Shown here: in pieces, positions 13,181 through 25,088 of the stretch
Layout of the letters: every line of letters begins with the position of its first letter
Numbering within the stretch: the first letter of the stretch is position 1
Assembly: GCA_905178155.1 (NCBI GenBank)
Contig: CAJINV010000026.1
Coordinates: 340,497 to 404,496, forward strand
Direction: 5' to 3'
Source: Amoebophrya sp. A120
Taxonomy: Eukaryota; Protista; Dinoflagellata
DNA length: 64,000 nucleotides
Made by a program: the position numbers and the translations under genes
Notes under the pieces: generated by a model
What the model saw: the letters and a program-made list of their open reading frames with translations, nothing else
Database searches by the model: none
What the model was told of the DNA's origin: nothing

Positions 13181-16100
13181 CTAGTGTACCACGAGAAATA
13201 AAACTTGAGTACTCGCATGGTTCGTACTTTCATCCCGCGAACTCTTTTTCTCACCTCTTCCGCCCACTCGCCGCGCTCCTTCCCCCGCCGCCACCTTTCC
13301 GGACCGTTGCCTTTGCGTTCCTGGTATCCTGTGCAAAAGTATCGCACTCGTAGTAATTATCGCATTTATGCATCACAAATCTACTTGCTATAGCAAATCC
13401 GCATTACAAATCAAATTTGTAATGCTGAGGCAATTTGTATTGCGATTTATACAACAAGCACGATGCTTTTGCAGTTCATACCTGGCCGCCTGTGTCTTCG
13501 CTTTCGCTTTGGCCGCGGCCGCCGCAGCTTTCGCCCGGGCTCTCCATCGCATAAGAAAAAGGTGTTTACAGATACACATCGTGTTGCAGGCGAAGCAAGA
13601 CAGACAAGTTCTGTCATGCGGGAAATGCTTGCCAACCTCATTTCATTCGTGATTTCCCTTATTATAGTCTGCGCAACACAGGTTTTCTTTGCCATGTCGA
13701 GCAACTTTGCGATGCAGAAACTCCAACACATGTGAAACTGTAAAACACTTTTTTCCTGTGATACTTTCTGCTGCTGTGCCAGTAGCTTTGCCTGCTTCTC
13801 TCGGGCCTCCCTTTCCAAGCGGATCGCCCGGGCCTTGTTCTTTTCCCGTTTCCTCCGCTGCAGTTCCTTCTGGTACGGCCTCTTCAAGCGGACGTAATCG
13901 ACCGTGCCGCGCTTAGACAGCGTCGTTGGGAGAAGGAGCATGTTTTCGAGATGTAGATCGAACTCGGGATCTTCCGGTTCCTCTTCCACTAGCAATTGCT
14001 GTTGTGCTGCCTGCCGCTGTCTCATCACCTCCTTGGCAACAACATCTTGCGCTCCTGCTTTTCCAGTAGTTCCCAGCCCGAGAAGACCTCGCGACGTGCT
14101 GCTCTGCTGGTTCAGAATTCCAGGTTTATTCTGTCGTTGCAGATCGATTTTATGAACTGCCGAAGATGAGGATGAGGATGAAGAAGACTGGTTGACTGCA
14201 GGTCTTTGGTGAAGACCGCTACTACTTGGTGGGAGTTTATTCATATTGGAACTCGGCAAGGAACTACTTGCACTGGAGTCGTAGTTCTGCAGCCCCATAG
14301 TAGCGCTCTTTCCGCTTCTGCCGTGTAGTTCCACCCTCTTCGCAACCGTGCCAGGCGCAGCTGCCCTCTTCATGATCCCAGTGCCGTGTAGTTGAAGTTG
14401 TTTTCCTGCCGCACCGGTTCTGGCGACTTTCCCTTGTCGCGCGGGCCCACTTCCAGGCGGCAGCATCGTCTTTCTCAGGTGCTTCTGCTGCTCCACAAGT
14501 CTAGCTTGCTGTTCTCGAAGTTGTCTTGCCTGCTCCTCCTGTTCCTTCTCCGCCGCGTCTTTCGCTTCCTTTTCAGCCTTCTCCCGATAAAACTTGTTCC
14601 GGTTGAAAATCTCGTGTAATAACTGGCTATCCAATGCAAAAATGTGTGGGTCTGGAAGGTGGTAAGTAACTTGTGATGCTGTCTTTCGATTCCAAAAAAA
14701 TCTGTATTGCATGACTAGCAAAAGGACTCCAGTTTGTGCTACACGGGGAGGGCTTTTCTCATGCGGAATAAGCATCAGGAAGCCTTCTAAAAATCTGGGA
14801 TGCTAGGGCATGCATTACATGCGTCACTGGTCATGCAAAATATGCATGACAAACCTGGCAATCTTCCAGACCCAGACATTTTTGCATCTGATACTGGTTC
14901 TTCTTGGGCAATAGGTTCCCCAGCCGGTCCTTCGCTTCCTTTTCCAAAAGGGGCTGCACGGTGAACATCGTCATCAGCTCCGGCTTCATGTGCACTCGCA
15001 CGAGTGCTTGATTCAGGGATTCTTGCTGCGGCTCGCCCAGCGCCGGCAGTGGGCCCGGAAGCTGGTGGGCCGGCATGCTCAAAGCTTCATCCAGGGTCGC
15101 GGTTCTTTTACCCCCGAGAGGGAATTTCTTGCCCGGTGGGTCCTCCGTTGCCACCGACTTCAGCCGGTTGTTTTCGATCTTCAGCTGCGTCACCGCGTCT
15201 TTCGGCTTGGAGACAATTTTCACGTTCGGGGGCAACGACCGCGGGTTCACGCTGGTCACCGGGAAATTTTCTTCGACCCACTGCGTTTGTCTCGTCACCG
15301 CCTCGCGGATGTCGCGCTCATTTGTCTCCGCTTCACCGTTATGCAGTGCAAATATGTCTGGGTCCTCTGGAAGGTTGTAATGCGTATCTTGCATTCCTGG
15401 AAAATCTGTGTTGCATGAGCAGCAAATAAGCAGCGTTCCTTATTATGCAATAAGGCAATTTGTATCGCGTGTCACGCAGAGGAAAGCGTTCCGAAAGGTT
15501 GTCATGCTTGGCTGCCGTTGCAAGCGTTGCAGTCATGCGCAATTCAGCATCACAGGTTTCCAGACATGCAGGGATATTTGCAATGCATAACCGTGCTGCT
15601 TTTCGAGATAGTCGTGCAGTGTCTTCTCGTAGACGAACTGCAGTTCGCCACTGAACTATGCAAGAAAAAAACTGTCACTGTGTAAGTGTAAGTCTGTGAT
15701 GCAGGAAATGCTAAACTGTTACACTTGTCATGCTAGAGGTGCGTCATAGGCCACTTTCATAGGTGTTTCCACGTACTCGCTGCGCATGACAGGTTTTACC
15801 TGTAATGCAAAGCGAATTTGTGATGCTGATCTTCCTACAAAGTTACACTTACACAGTTTTTTTCCTGGATATGAACCCGGACGCGAGGGAGATCAGGTCT
15901 CTCGCCAACTGATGCATTGCAAAAGTGCATCGCACTAGTAGAAATCGCATGACAAATTCACTCAGCATCAGAAATGGAGTTTGTCATGCTGTTTTACCTT
16001 GGGATGAAGATTTGTAATGCATGACTGCGATTTTTACTTGGACTACGATACTTTTGCACAGGATACAAGTGGGGCCGCTCGGTCTTGTCGGCGCGAACGA

Positions 16101-19100
16101 ACTTGATTTGCATCTCCAAGACGGAGAAAAACGTGTTGTAACTGCCAGAGATCTATGCATTGCAAAAATGTCTGGGTCTGGAAGGACGCAACTTGCAAAG
16201 CTCACTCTGGATCGTGCAAAAATCTGTGTTGCACAAATGCCAAAAGTTGTCCACTTTTGACCAAGTTAGTAGTAGTAGTAGCACCATTTAACTCCTGACG
16301 GGTCGGCGTTGGAACAGATTTAGCCTCTGCCAATACCTGGGCGCCAGAACAGGTTTAGCCTCTGCCGATGCCCCTAGGTGGATACGCGATCCACTTCCTA
16401 GCTACCACCCGGCTGCACCCGCAAAACCGCTATCGATTGCTTACGCGTAGCTACAATGAGCGGGCGCCATGTATGGCTGACCTGCCTTACCATCCAAGCC
16501 CGCGAGCAAGGTGGAGTCCCAGCATTGCCCTGATGGGTTAGTCATACAAGCTTGCCCAAGGTCTTACTTTTGTGGCCGGTTGCGCGCTAAAAAATATACT
16601 GGGGGTCTAATGATCACGCACGATGATGCTATCGTGATGGCAGACGACCCCACGGCGTCTCCCTTTCAGACACTTTTTGCCGACCTGTTTCCCGCGCCCT
16701 TTTCTATGCGTTTCCGGAGAATCGGCCCGCGGAGCTCCGCATTTGCAGAGCCGCCACCGCGCCCGCCCCGGGGGACCCCTTGGGGAAGGGGGGCGCTGCT
16801 TTAGCGCGGTCGTTAAACTAGCAACCTCGCCGCCACTTCTTTAATCCATTCCCTTCTCTTCTTTTTCTTTTTGTACAGTTAGCAGCGCCTTGCTACATGG
16901 AGTCAGCTGGCGGGGACGGGATGAAAAGCAGCGCCGTGCCTCGGGGGCTGGCGAGAACGATACGACTAGCATCGCCGCACCCCGTAGCAGGGCTGGCGGG
17001 GACGTGTCGAGGCGAGGTTCGCGCGCTGCCATCTTGGGGAGGGCATTTGTCACGCGGAGTAGGCATCAGGAAGCCGTCCAAAAATCTGTGATGCTAGGTC
17101 GTGCATTGCAGACATCCTGGGCCAACAAGCCCCGCCGTCGTGGTACTTGCGCCAGGCCTGCCGCCGCGTCGGCTTTCCCAGTCCGACACGCTTCCAGCTG
17201 GTTCCCGCGGACGACAACACCGCACCCGCGCCCTGCTTCCAGTAGCCCCGCACGAACTTCGTAACGCCCTCGGACTTTCTTCGCGGCCGCGGCCGCCCGG
17301 CGCAGCGCCGGCGCAAGGCGGCCCGCCAGTCGCTCGGCGAAAAAGTAGGCGCCGCGCCGCAATGGACTTCCGCCGCCCGACTCCAGCAAGCCGCTATCAC
17401 CGTGATCGGCCACGATCGCCCTGAACGTCGGCCACCCGCGAAGACCCTCGGCCACGCTTCCCGAAGCTGCCCCGCCATGCTGCTGCTGGTCCTCCGGGTG
17501 TCCGGTAAGAAGCGCGGGGCCTTCTGCGAATGTCAAGGAGCCCGCGACCGCCACATCCAGCACACACCTGCGACGCAGCTCGCTGCCCGCGTCACCCGCA
17601 CCGCGCAAATCGTCGAGCCACTTGACTGCCGTCGTCCGCACCAGCATGAGAGGCTTTGCCGCGTCCGTTTTCCGGGAGACCGGGCAGCGCCCGAACAAGT
17701 GGAGGCCGACGAAACCGGACACATAGAGCAACGCCGTTTGTCCCCAACGTTTTCCGAACTTCCCAGGCGCTGGCTTCCACACCTCTCCAGCAAGGTCGTG
17801 CCGCCGGGTGCTTTCCGGGTTCACCAGGTCGCGCGACGTGGCGCGAGCCCACCGCGTATCCTCCTCGAAGTTCTCGTGGTCCTCCGCGCCGGTTCTTTTC
17901 CCGCTCCCGACGGTGGCAAACTGCACGCCGTCGAGAAGTCCCGCCGTCTTCTTCTCCGGGGCCGCTTCTGACTGCGGAGGTTGCGTCTGCTGCCGGAGTA
18001 GCTGGGCATCGCGAGGGCTGACAGGGTCCCCGACCTGCCACAGGGCCAAAGAGACGAAGTGCGCAACGGTCTCGCTGTTAGGGTTGACATCGCCCCGGCC
18101 GATCATCCCACACAACGGCGCCAGCTCGCTGGTGCTTCGAACCGGCGCGAAGCCTGCCGAGCTGCTCCAGCGCCCTCTCCTGCGTGCCACTACTGGGGGC
18201 AACTCGCGCAGCGCAAACCTGGTTCTCATTGTGGTCGGCACCTGCGAACTCCTGCAAGCTCTTGAAACTCTTCTCGCTGGTCACGTACTGCAGCAGCGAC
18301 GCAACTGGACCCAGGCCCCAGCTGGCGCGGGGCTTCCACTTTCGTCGGTCGGCGCGCGCGCGTCCCGCGCCCATCTTCCTCGCGAATGTTTCGCCCGCCG
18401 CGGCCCCCCGAATCTTCGGAGGCAGGTAGAGGAACCCGAGGCCCATGCGGCTCCCCCGTATGATCTGGCCGGCCTTCAGCTTCTTCCACTGCACTGCTTT
18501 GGCCTCTGCAGCCTTCCCGCTGAGCGTCCCGAGCCGGCAAAACAGCGGGGCCCGGCCGGTCGTAGCGTCGCACTTGTGGCCCCCGTGGTATCTTCAAGAG
18601 CCTGGCGGAGGGGCTTGAAGTCGTCCCCTGCCTGCGTCCTGCCGAGGGTGTGCGCTGCAGCATTTGCGGCCAGACAGTTCCTCCGGGATCGGCTGCCCGG
18701 CGGACTGTAGCAGACTGTAGGCGAAGATTGCGAACGCCTCCCGTTGGTTGCTGCGCCAAAGCGGCGCCCTTTGTCAACCCAAATACTACGACTCGCTGAC
18801 TGCCGGGATTCTCGGGGGGGGTCTTGAATGGTGCACGGAGTGAAGGCAAACGCATCTCATTAAGGGCCTCGGCGGTAGTGGAGCCGCTGACCGCCTTCGC
18901 GGATGAGCTGCTAGCGCCTGCAGCCGCTCCGGGGGCCCCCGCGCTTTTTCCTGCTTGCATGGCTTTGCCTATCGCCTTGCCGGATGCGTCGACTTCCTTC
19001 CAGGCTTCGCCCGTCTTCTTCTACGAGTCCTTGCGTGCCTTCTGCGGGCAGCTTCTTGCGCCAGGCCCCCGCTTTTGGGTCGGACTTGGCCAGGGCGAGC

Positions 19101-22100
19101 ACTGCAGCCCCCTCGGACTCCGGACCGCCGCCATCGCTTGCTGCCCACGCGTCGCTGGTCAGGATATGCCTCGAGGGAATGCAGGCGCTTCTTCTGGTCC
19201 GAGAGCGGGAGGCATAGGCCCCCGAGAAAGGCCGCAGCATCGAACTCCAGATGGAACGCTCGCAGAGTCGGGCGAAGTTCGCCCGCGCACCGGTCCAAAA
19301 TCGGGCAGCAGCTGAGGCCGCAGAGAATGGCTGCGCTTGGCCCGAGTGGCTCGCTCTTCTGTGTGGAGTCACCCGCGCCGCCGGCTGGATCGCCACCGCC
19401 TGCGTGCGCCGCACAGGCCTCGGCCCAACTGTGTAGAGCGCTGCAGCAGCTCAGTCAGTGGCCCACGAAGCAGCCGCCGCCCGTCCTCGTCCACGGCTGT
19501 GAAACCATCGGGCGCCTTAGCAATTGCCCGCCCGGAGTCGAGATAGGCCCACTGGGCTGCGATGTTTTCCTGCACATGACATCCAGCAGCGTTTCGGCAA
19601 AACCTTCGCGCCCTCGCTGCATCCGGGTGCGGATCCCGAGAAGTTAGGCGACAAATGCCCAGGAGGTTGTGGAGGTTCGTCACGACGCGCACGTCGTCGC
19701 CATCTACTTTCGAGGACTTGGATGGTTTCGCTTCCCGCCTGCCTTCGCCGGCGGCGCGGAAGGATCAGCAGGCAACAAGCACCGCCGCGCAGAGTCGGGC
19801 TGCGGTTCCGGAGCAGTGCGCACATCTGAAGACGCGATCTCCGACCGATGGCTTTGCAATGGCTTCCAGCTGCATTTTCCACGATTCAATGCTGGAGATC
19901 GAAAGCGGCCACTTCTCATCCACATCGATCCTCTCGCGTTCGGGACACGGCGCAATCCGGCTGTCGGAGGTCCGGGGAGCTCTCGACCGTTCTGGCCAAG
20001 TCGGTGGCCGCGTCGACGCCCTCGTTTGTCGCTACGCGCTCTGGGTCAAGCGACGCGCTGGCGCCTGCGTGTCTTTTCTGTAATTTCAACAGTCGCCGCG
20101 CCAGCTTTCGACTACCCTCAATAAACGCTGATAGCCTGGCCACCTTCGCCAAGTTGGGAGGAGGCTTCTCATGCAGGATAGGCATGCTAGGGGTCTCACA
20201 GAATCTTTCATGCAAGGTCCTGCATATCAGACGGCACGGATCATGGAAAATCTGCATGGCAAATCTCGCAATTTCCCAGACTCAGACATTTTTGCATTTG
20301 ATAAGATCGAGGAGGTCGAGAGGCTGTCGATCTTGTTTTCGTTCAGAATTTTCGACCACATCGTCAAAAGCTTGCAGTTATCCACGAGCAAAATCTCCAG
20401 CAGTTCTATCAAAATTAAAAATCGCCCCGCGGCCCCATAACAAAATGGAAATCTCTGATGCGGGATTTGTGTACACAAATCAGCACTGTCTTGCAGTGAG
20501 GCACTGCAGGCAAAGCCTAAGTCTGCGTAGGGGTGTTGTTATTTGGTGTAGGTGCTTAGCATAGCAAAAGGAAAGGCCTGCCATGTAAGCGCAACAGCAT
20601 TACAAATCGCCTGCATAACCCGGCGGATCCTTTGGGTTTGCCCTTTTGCACGAGAGACAGGATTTGTGGTCACAAATCAGCATGACAAACTTTTAGAAGA
20701 AGACCTTTTCAACAGTGTGGGGAGGTGGGGGGATTTTTCCTCGCAATAAGTTCCACCGCGACCGGGTAGTCGAGAAAGATTTTGTAATATCGCAAGAAAA
20801 AAGTGTTACAGTTACACACATAGTCTATGCAAGCCCAGCATGACAGACAACCTCGGTCATGCCGGATAAGCATAGGAGCCTTGTTTCATACGTGTTTTCC
20901 CGTAGGGTTTCTGCGGTGCAAATTTTCTCTCTCATGCAGGGAAATCTGTGTTGCTGCATTGACAACAGATGTGTAACTGTAAACACTTTTTTCGTGGGAT
21001 ATGTAAGTCGGGTTTCGGAAGTACAGGAGATACCGCAGAAACCAGCGGAAATCCGGATCGTCGACGTGTTTTTTTACCACGTGCTGCAGATACCGGGTAT
21101 GCATTGCAAATATGTGTGGGTCTGGAAGGATGCGAGGCTTTTCATGCACATTTTGCATGACCCATGATGTCTGTGATGCATGCCCCAGCATCACAGATTT
21201 TATTTTACGGGCGTCTTCATGCCTATTCCGCATGAGAAAGAACGTCGTCTCCACGTAGCCAAAACTGGGCTCCTCTTCTTGCAGCTCATGCAATACAGAT
21301 TTTTTTAGAGTCCAGAGGTGGCATTACAAGTTGCACTCTTCCAGACCCAGACCACATATTTGCATTCGATACCGGGGGTTCAGCAGCGATTGCAGGAACT
21401 GGCTCTCCCACGTGAACCGCTGCACATTGCTGTACGGAAGTTTAGCAGCCTGGAGCGCTTTTTCGGCGCGGGTGGCTTGATACTGTTCCTTTTTCTCTTT
21501 CTCCCGTTCGTCGTGCCGTTTTCTTTTGAAGGAAGGCGGCGAAGCACAAAAACTGCTCGCCTCGAGGGTCGTGTCCTGTTGCGCCGGCGTCGTGGTGTCT
21601 ACAACTTCCTGGGCGGAAGTCTTTACATCTCTTTCAACGTCATCTTCTTTCTTGCAATACAGCTGTCTCACATTTTTGTCGTAGATCCCGGCCACCTCCT
21701 CGAGCATGCAGTCCTGGATGCGCTTCGCCCCTTTCGCCAAGGTCTCCAGCTGCTTCTCCTGCTTTTCCAAAACGTACGCGAACCGCAGATATCAAATGCA
21801 AACATGTCTGGGGCTGGATAGCGAATTTGTGTTGCTGAGTCTTGCGTGACAAACTGCGAGCTCTGGCGCGTTTTGCATGACAAACTACCTTGTTTCAGCA
21901 CGACAAAATAGCTAGCCAATCCTCCTCATGCATCACAGATCTTTTTGTCCTGCAAATTTCGCATCACAAATCCAGACTAAGACATATTTGCAATGCATAG
22001 CAGAAACCGGTTGCGGAAATACCGGTTATCTTCCAGCCGGATATCCAAGGAAGAAAGTGTACATAGTGGAAAAAGTCTGTCATGCAGACGAGGATGCAAA

Positions 22101-22965
22101 CACAGAGTTGCGCTTGTCATGCTGGCGAGCTAACATGAAGTCCTCTTTTCAAGAACATAAGTATGTGTTTAGTTTTCACATGCTGCCTGCGCATGACAAC
22201 AGGCTTTCTCTGTCAAGCAGTACAAATCTTTCATGCTGTCACTCCACGACACCTATAGTAACGCAGCTTTTCACTTGGATACCGGACGTCCACAAAATAG
22301 TTTTCCAGCGAGTACTCAAAGTCGTCCATAATTTCCGCCACCTGCCCCGCGTCCTGCTTGCACTTTTCCGCAACCACCGCTGCGGGCGAAGCCGGGTGCA
22401 GTTTGGTCAGCGTCCACTTCCCGCTCAGCCGTTTCGCGTTCTCGAGGACCAGGCTGTTGATGCGGTTCAGCTGGTCCACCATGTTGCTGATCACCGACTG
22501 CCCCGGCGCAGTGCCGATCGGCAGGCCGGGTCCCGGCCGTTTGAATGGCTGGTCGAAGTAAGTCGGCTGTGCGAACTCGCGTTGGTGATACGGTCCTCGG
22601 GGCTTGATGGCGGTGCTGCTGCTGCTACTGCTGCTTGTCTTTGGCAGAGGAACAACGGCAGGTGCTGCGCCAGTTGTACCAGTGGTCCCCACACCTTCCT
22701 TCACTGCTGCTGCTGCCGCCGCGCGGGATTTCTCCCCCGCAGCTATCATCGCCCGCAGATCCGGGGAACCGAGGTCCTCCGTCAGCACCGTCATCTTTTT
22801 TCTTTTTCCGTGAATCACGGGCGTTGCGTCCCCGTCTTCATTTTCCTCCGGCCAGTGCTCGGTTGGTGGCGTGAGGAAAAGTAGTCTTGTCACGAGGGAC
22901 CGCAGCTTGCCCTCGTCATCCAGATCCGCGAAATACTGAATGTCATCATCCACGTGCGTTTCCAT
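13181..22965 (-). CDS. MED31: Large protein containing a Mediator subunit 31 (Med31/Soh1) domain plus coiled-coil and low-complexity regions; 12 introner introns
   Basis: Spliced sequence RFTWESQFLQSLLNPR|YLQHVVKKHVDDPDFRWFLRYLLYFRNPTY|KIFLDYPVAVE matches the Med31 pattern RFxxELEFVQxLANPxYLxxL...FxxYLxYLxYWKxPxYxKxLxYP. The frame continues through later element removals to TAG at 13181-13183. The junction at 20379-20748 needs element +1 or +4 nt. Confidence 0.75.
13325..16065. mobile_element. Six introners (13325-13480, 13545-13763, 14628-14893, 15340-15589, 15657-15871, 15911-16065)
   Basis: Direct repeats cctgg/cctgg, ctctc/ctttc, ctggc/ctggt, accgt/accgt, tgaac/tgaac and caact/caagt; at least 3 TIR families; each removal restores the frame. 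Confidence 0.9.
16154..20303. mobile_element. Family-1 introner split in two (16154-16267 and 20149-20303) by a retrotransposon insertion
   Basis: Outer direct repeat agatc/agatc; the joined halves align with the reverse complement of the intact copy at 62181-62447 (...ccacttttgaccaagtt|gg...ttctcatgca...). Confidence 0.9.
16268..20148 (-). mobile_element. 5'-truncated, frameshifted non-LTR retrotransposon with a restriction-like endonuclease (R2/NeSL/CRE-type)
   Basis: 7-bp TSD ccaagtt (16261-16267, 20149-20155) and (CTA)n 3' tail at 16268-16281. GC-rich broken minus-strand ORFs carry an RT C-terminal-like KVDGDDVRVVTNLHNLLGI, a zinc-knuckle-like PLCG...SETVAHFVSL, an RHD motif (STRRHDLAG) and an RLE-like VLDVAV. 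Confidence 0.75.
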
Positions 22966-24929
22966 GGGTCAGCCGCGCTCCTCGGGGCTCGGACCTTCTG
23001 GCATGGTCATCTCGTGGTACACGGCCCGCGGCCACTCCTGAATGTCACCGCTCAAGCATTTGTCGCAGAAGTCGTCGTCGTACGCACAGCTTTGCATCTC
23101 CTCAAACATCTCGTTCTCGGCGACCAGGCCCATTTCTTTCACTGGGTCAGCATTTGCATCATCTACCATGTGCATGAGTGCCTCGCCTTTGTGGTCACCA
23201 GACTTCGCACCATCATTGTTCGTCGTAGTGCCACTACGGCAACCACTGCCACCTCCACCCAGTAACGCCCGGATTTGCTTGACCGCGGAACATATGAACT
23301 GCAGAAGTATCGTACTCGTAGTAATTGCTTTCATGCATGACAAGTTCATTTCCTAGGGTAAAACAGAACTAGAAATTTCATTTGTAATGCTGAGCTAGTT
23401 TGTAATGCAATTTCTACTAGTACGACGCTTTTGCATTTCATAGAACAGTAGTCGTACAGCTTCCTATCTGCCACTTCGTTGTTCACCATGGCCAGCCGTT
23501 GCATCTCCCGCATGAGAAGCTCCCGTTGCTCCACCCGTCGGCACCGGCCGTTCAAGAGCAGTTATCAAAAGGAAAAATCCCCCTCCCCATATCGACATGG
23601 AAATCTGTGATGCGGGATTCGTGTACACAAATCGGCTCTGTCTTGCAGTAGACAAGTGCAGGCAGATGATACCAAGCCAGAGCAGGGGCGTTTTGGTGTA
23701 GGCGCCTAGCAAGGCAGGCATATCCTCCGTAGGCCATATAGCATTACAAATTGCCTGCAGGACGCGCCAAGGTCTGCGGATTTGCCTTCTTGCAATACAG
23801 CGACGATTTGTGGTCTCAAATCAGCATCACAAATTTTCAGAAGTATCCCGGTCTGGTATGGGGAGGGGGGATTTTTCCTCACAATAGCAGTAGCATCAGC
23901 TTCACGCAGATCTCGTGTCGGTCAAAGATGGCCGCGCCGCATCTGGAAGGGAGGAATGTATGAATGTCGTTGTCGAGAAATGGATTTAGAAGTTGTAGCT
24001 ATACCGATAGTAGTACGCTTGCAGTCTCGCATGACAAAGCGCGCTCGCCATGAACAAAGTTGTGCATCATGACAAAGCGAATGCGAAATTGATATAAACA
24101 AAATTATATAGCAGTACTTGGGTTCCCGGGGGATGCACTTGAACATGTTGGGAAAGATGTCGTCTCTCAACTCCTTATATCAAATGCAAAAATGTCTGGG
24201 TCCGGAAGATTGCCAGGTTTGTCATGCATATTTTGTATAACCCATGATGCCTGTAATGCATGGCCTAGCGTCATAGATTTTTAAAGGGCCTTCTGATGCG
24301 TATTCCGCATGAGAAACGCCCACTCCGCGTAGCACAAACTGCACTCCTCTTGCTGGTCATGCAATACAGATTTTTTTTTACCTTCCAAAGACAGCATCAC
24401 AAGTTGCACCCTTCCAGACCCAGACACTTTTGCAGTTGATACCTTAAACAGCTGGCGGATCGTTTTCCGCAGGGGGCAAAAAAGTTGGAAGTCCTGCGTG
24501 AACTTATCCCACGAAAAAACTGTAGTTTCGCTGTGGTGATTTTGCACAATCTGCATCACAAGTTTGCTACGCATGACACTGAAAATCTGCCATGCGGGGT
24601 TCCTAAGGGAAAACACAGCGAGAAATCCAGTGTCTTGCATGTGTAGCATGACACACACTTCTGCGATCCATTCTCTGCATCACAAAGATCACAGTGGAAC
24701 AGTTTTTTCTTGCGATAGAACTCGGCCCCGATGTACTCCCCGGTTGCGAGCAGTTGCAAGTTGGTGTGCGTGTGCAAGTTATCACAAGAAAAAGTGCTAA
24801 CGGTTTTCACAGATTACAGTCACGCATCACAAACGTAGCCCATTATGCATGCTGTGCATGACAAATTCTGGTTCGTTTTGTGATGCGTTGTTGCATCACG
24901 AATTCCGTTAATGCTTTTTTTCTGTGATA
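20379..24929. mobile_element. Eleven introners (20379-20748, 20788-21001, 21098-21371, 21790-21999, 22042-22281, 23293-23442, 23563-23886, 23959-24110, 24178-24441, 24505-24717, 24780-24929)
   Basis: Perfect 5-bp direct repeats tgtaa, ccggg, gcaga, ccgga, gaaca, gcagt, cctta and gaact; caagt/catgt for the last copy; decayed for 20379 and 23959; all have TAT...ATA ends. Confidence 0.9.
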
Positions 24930-25088
24930 CATGTTATCGAGGTTTTCGTCCTTCAAAGCGATGCTGGGGAGTTGTGGCGGCTCGCAGTACGGGGAGTCGC
25001 GTTTCCCGCATTGCCGGTAGTACGCCGGAAGAATGTAGTGACCGGTAGTTGTTGGTGTACTACCGGTCGAGAGGGGTGCGCCGAGCAT
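22969..25088 (-). CDS. Unknown protein (6 introner introns), in frame with and 3 nt upstream of the Med31-domain ORF
   Basis: Spliced MLGAPLSTG...DENLDNM|HTHTNLQLLATGEYIGAEF|TQDFQLFCPLRKTIRQLFK|ELRDDIFPNMFKCIPREPKYC|LPSRCGAAIFDRHEICVKLMLL|LLNGRCRR...YDYCS|AVKQIRALL...GPSPEERG*. Confidence 0.7.

Noticed and set aside
16290-16560. Possible ribozyme in the retroelement 3' UTR (20-bp direct repeat gaacag.tttagcctctgcc)
   Set aside because: No complete hammerhead or HDV core could be identified by eye; an Infernal search would be needed
17101-20124. Long plus-strand ORFs across the GC-rich insert
   Set aside because: Antisense shadows of the GC-rich retroelement; motifs and tail polarity indicate the minus strand
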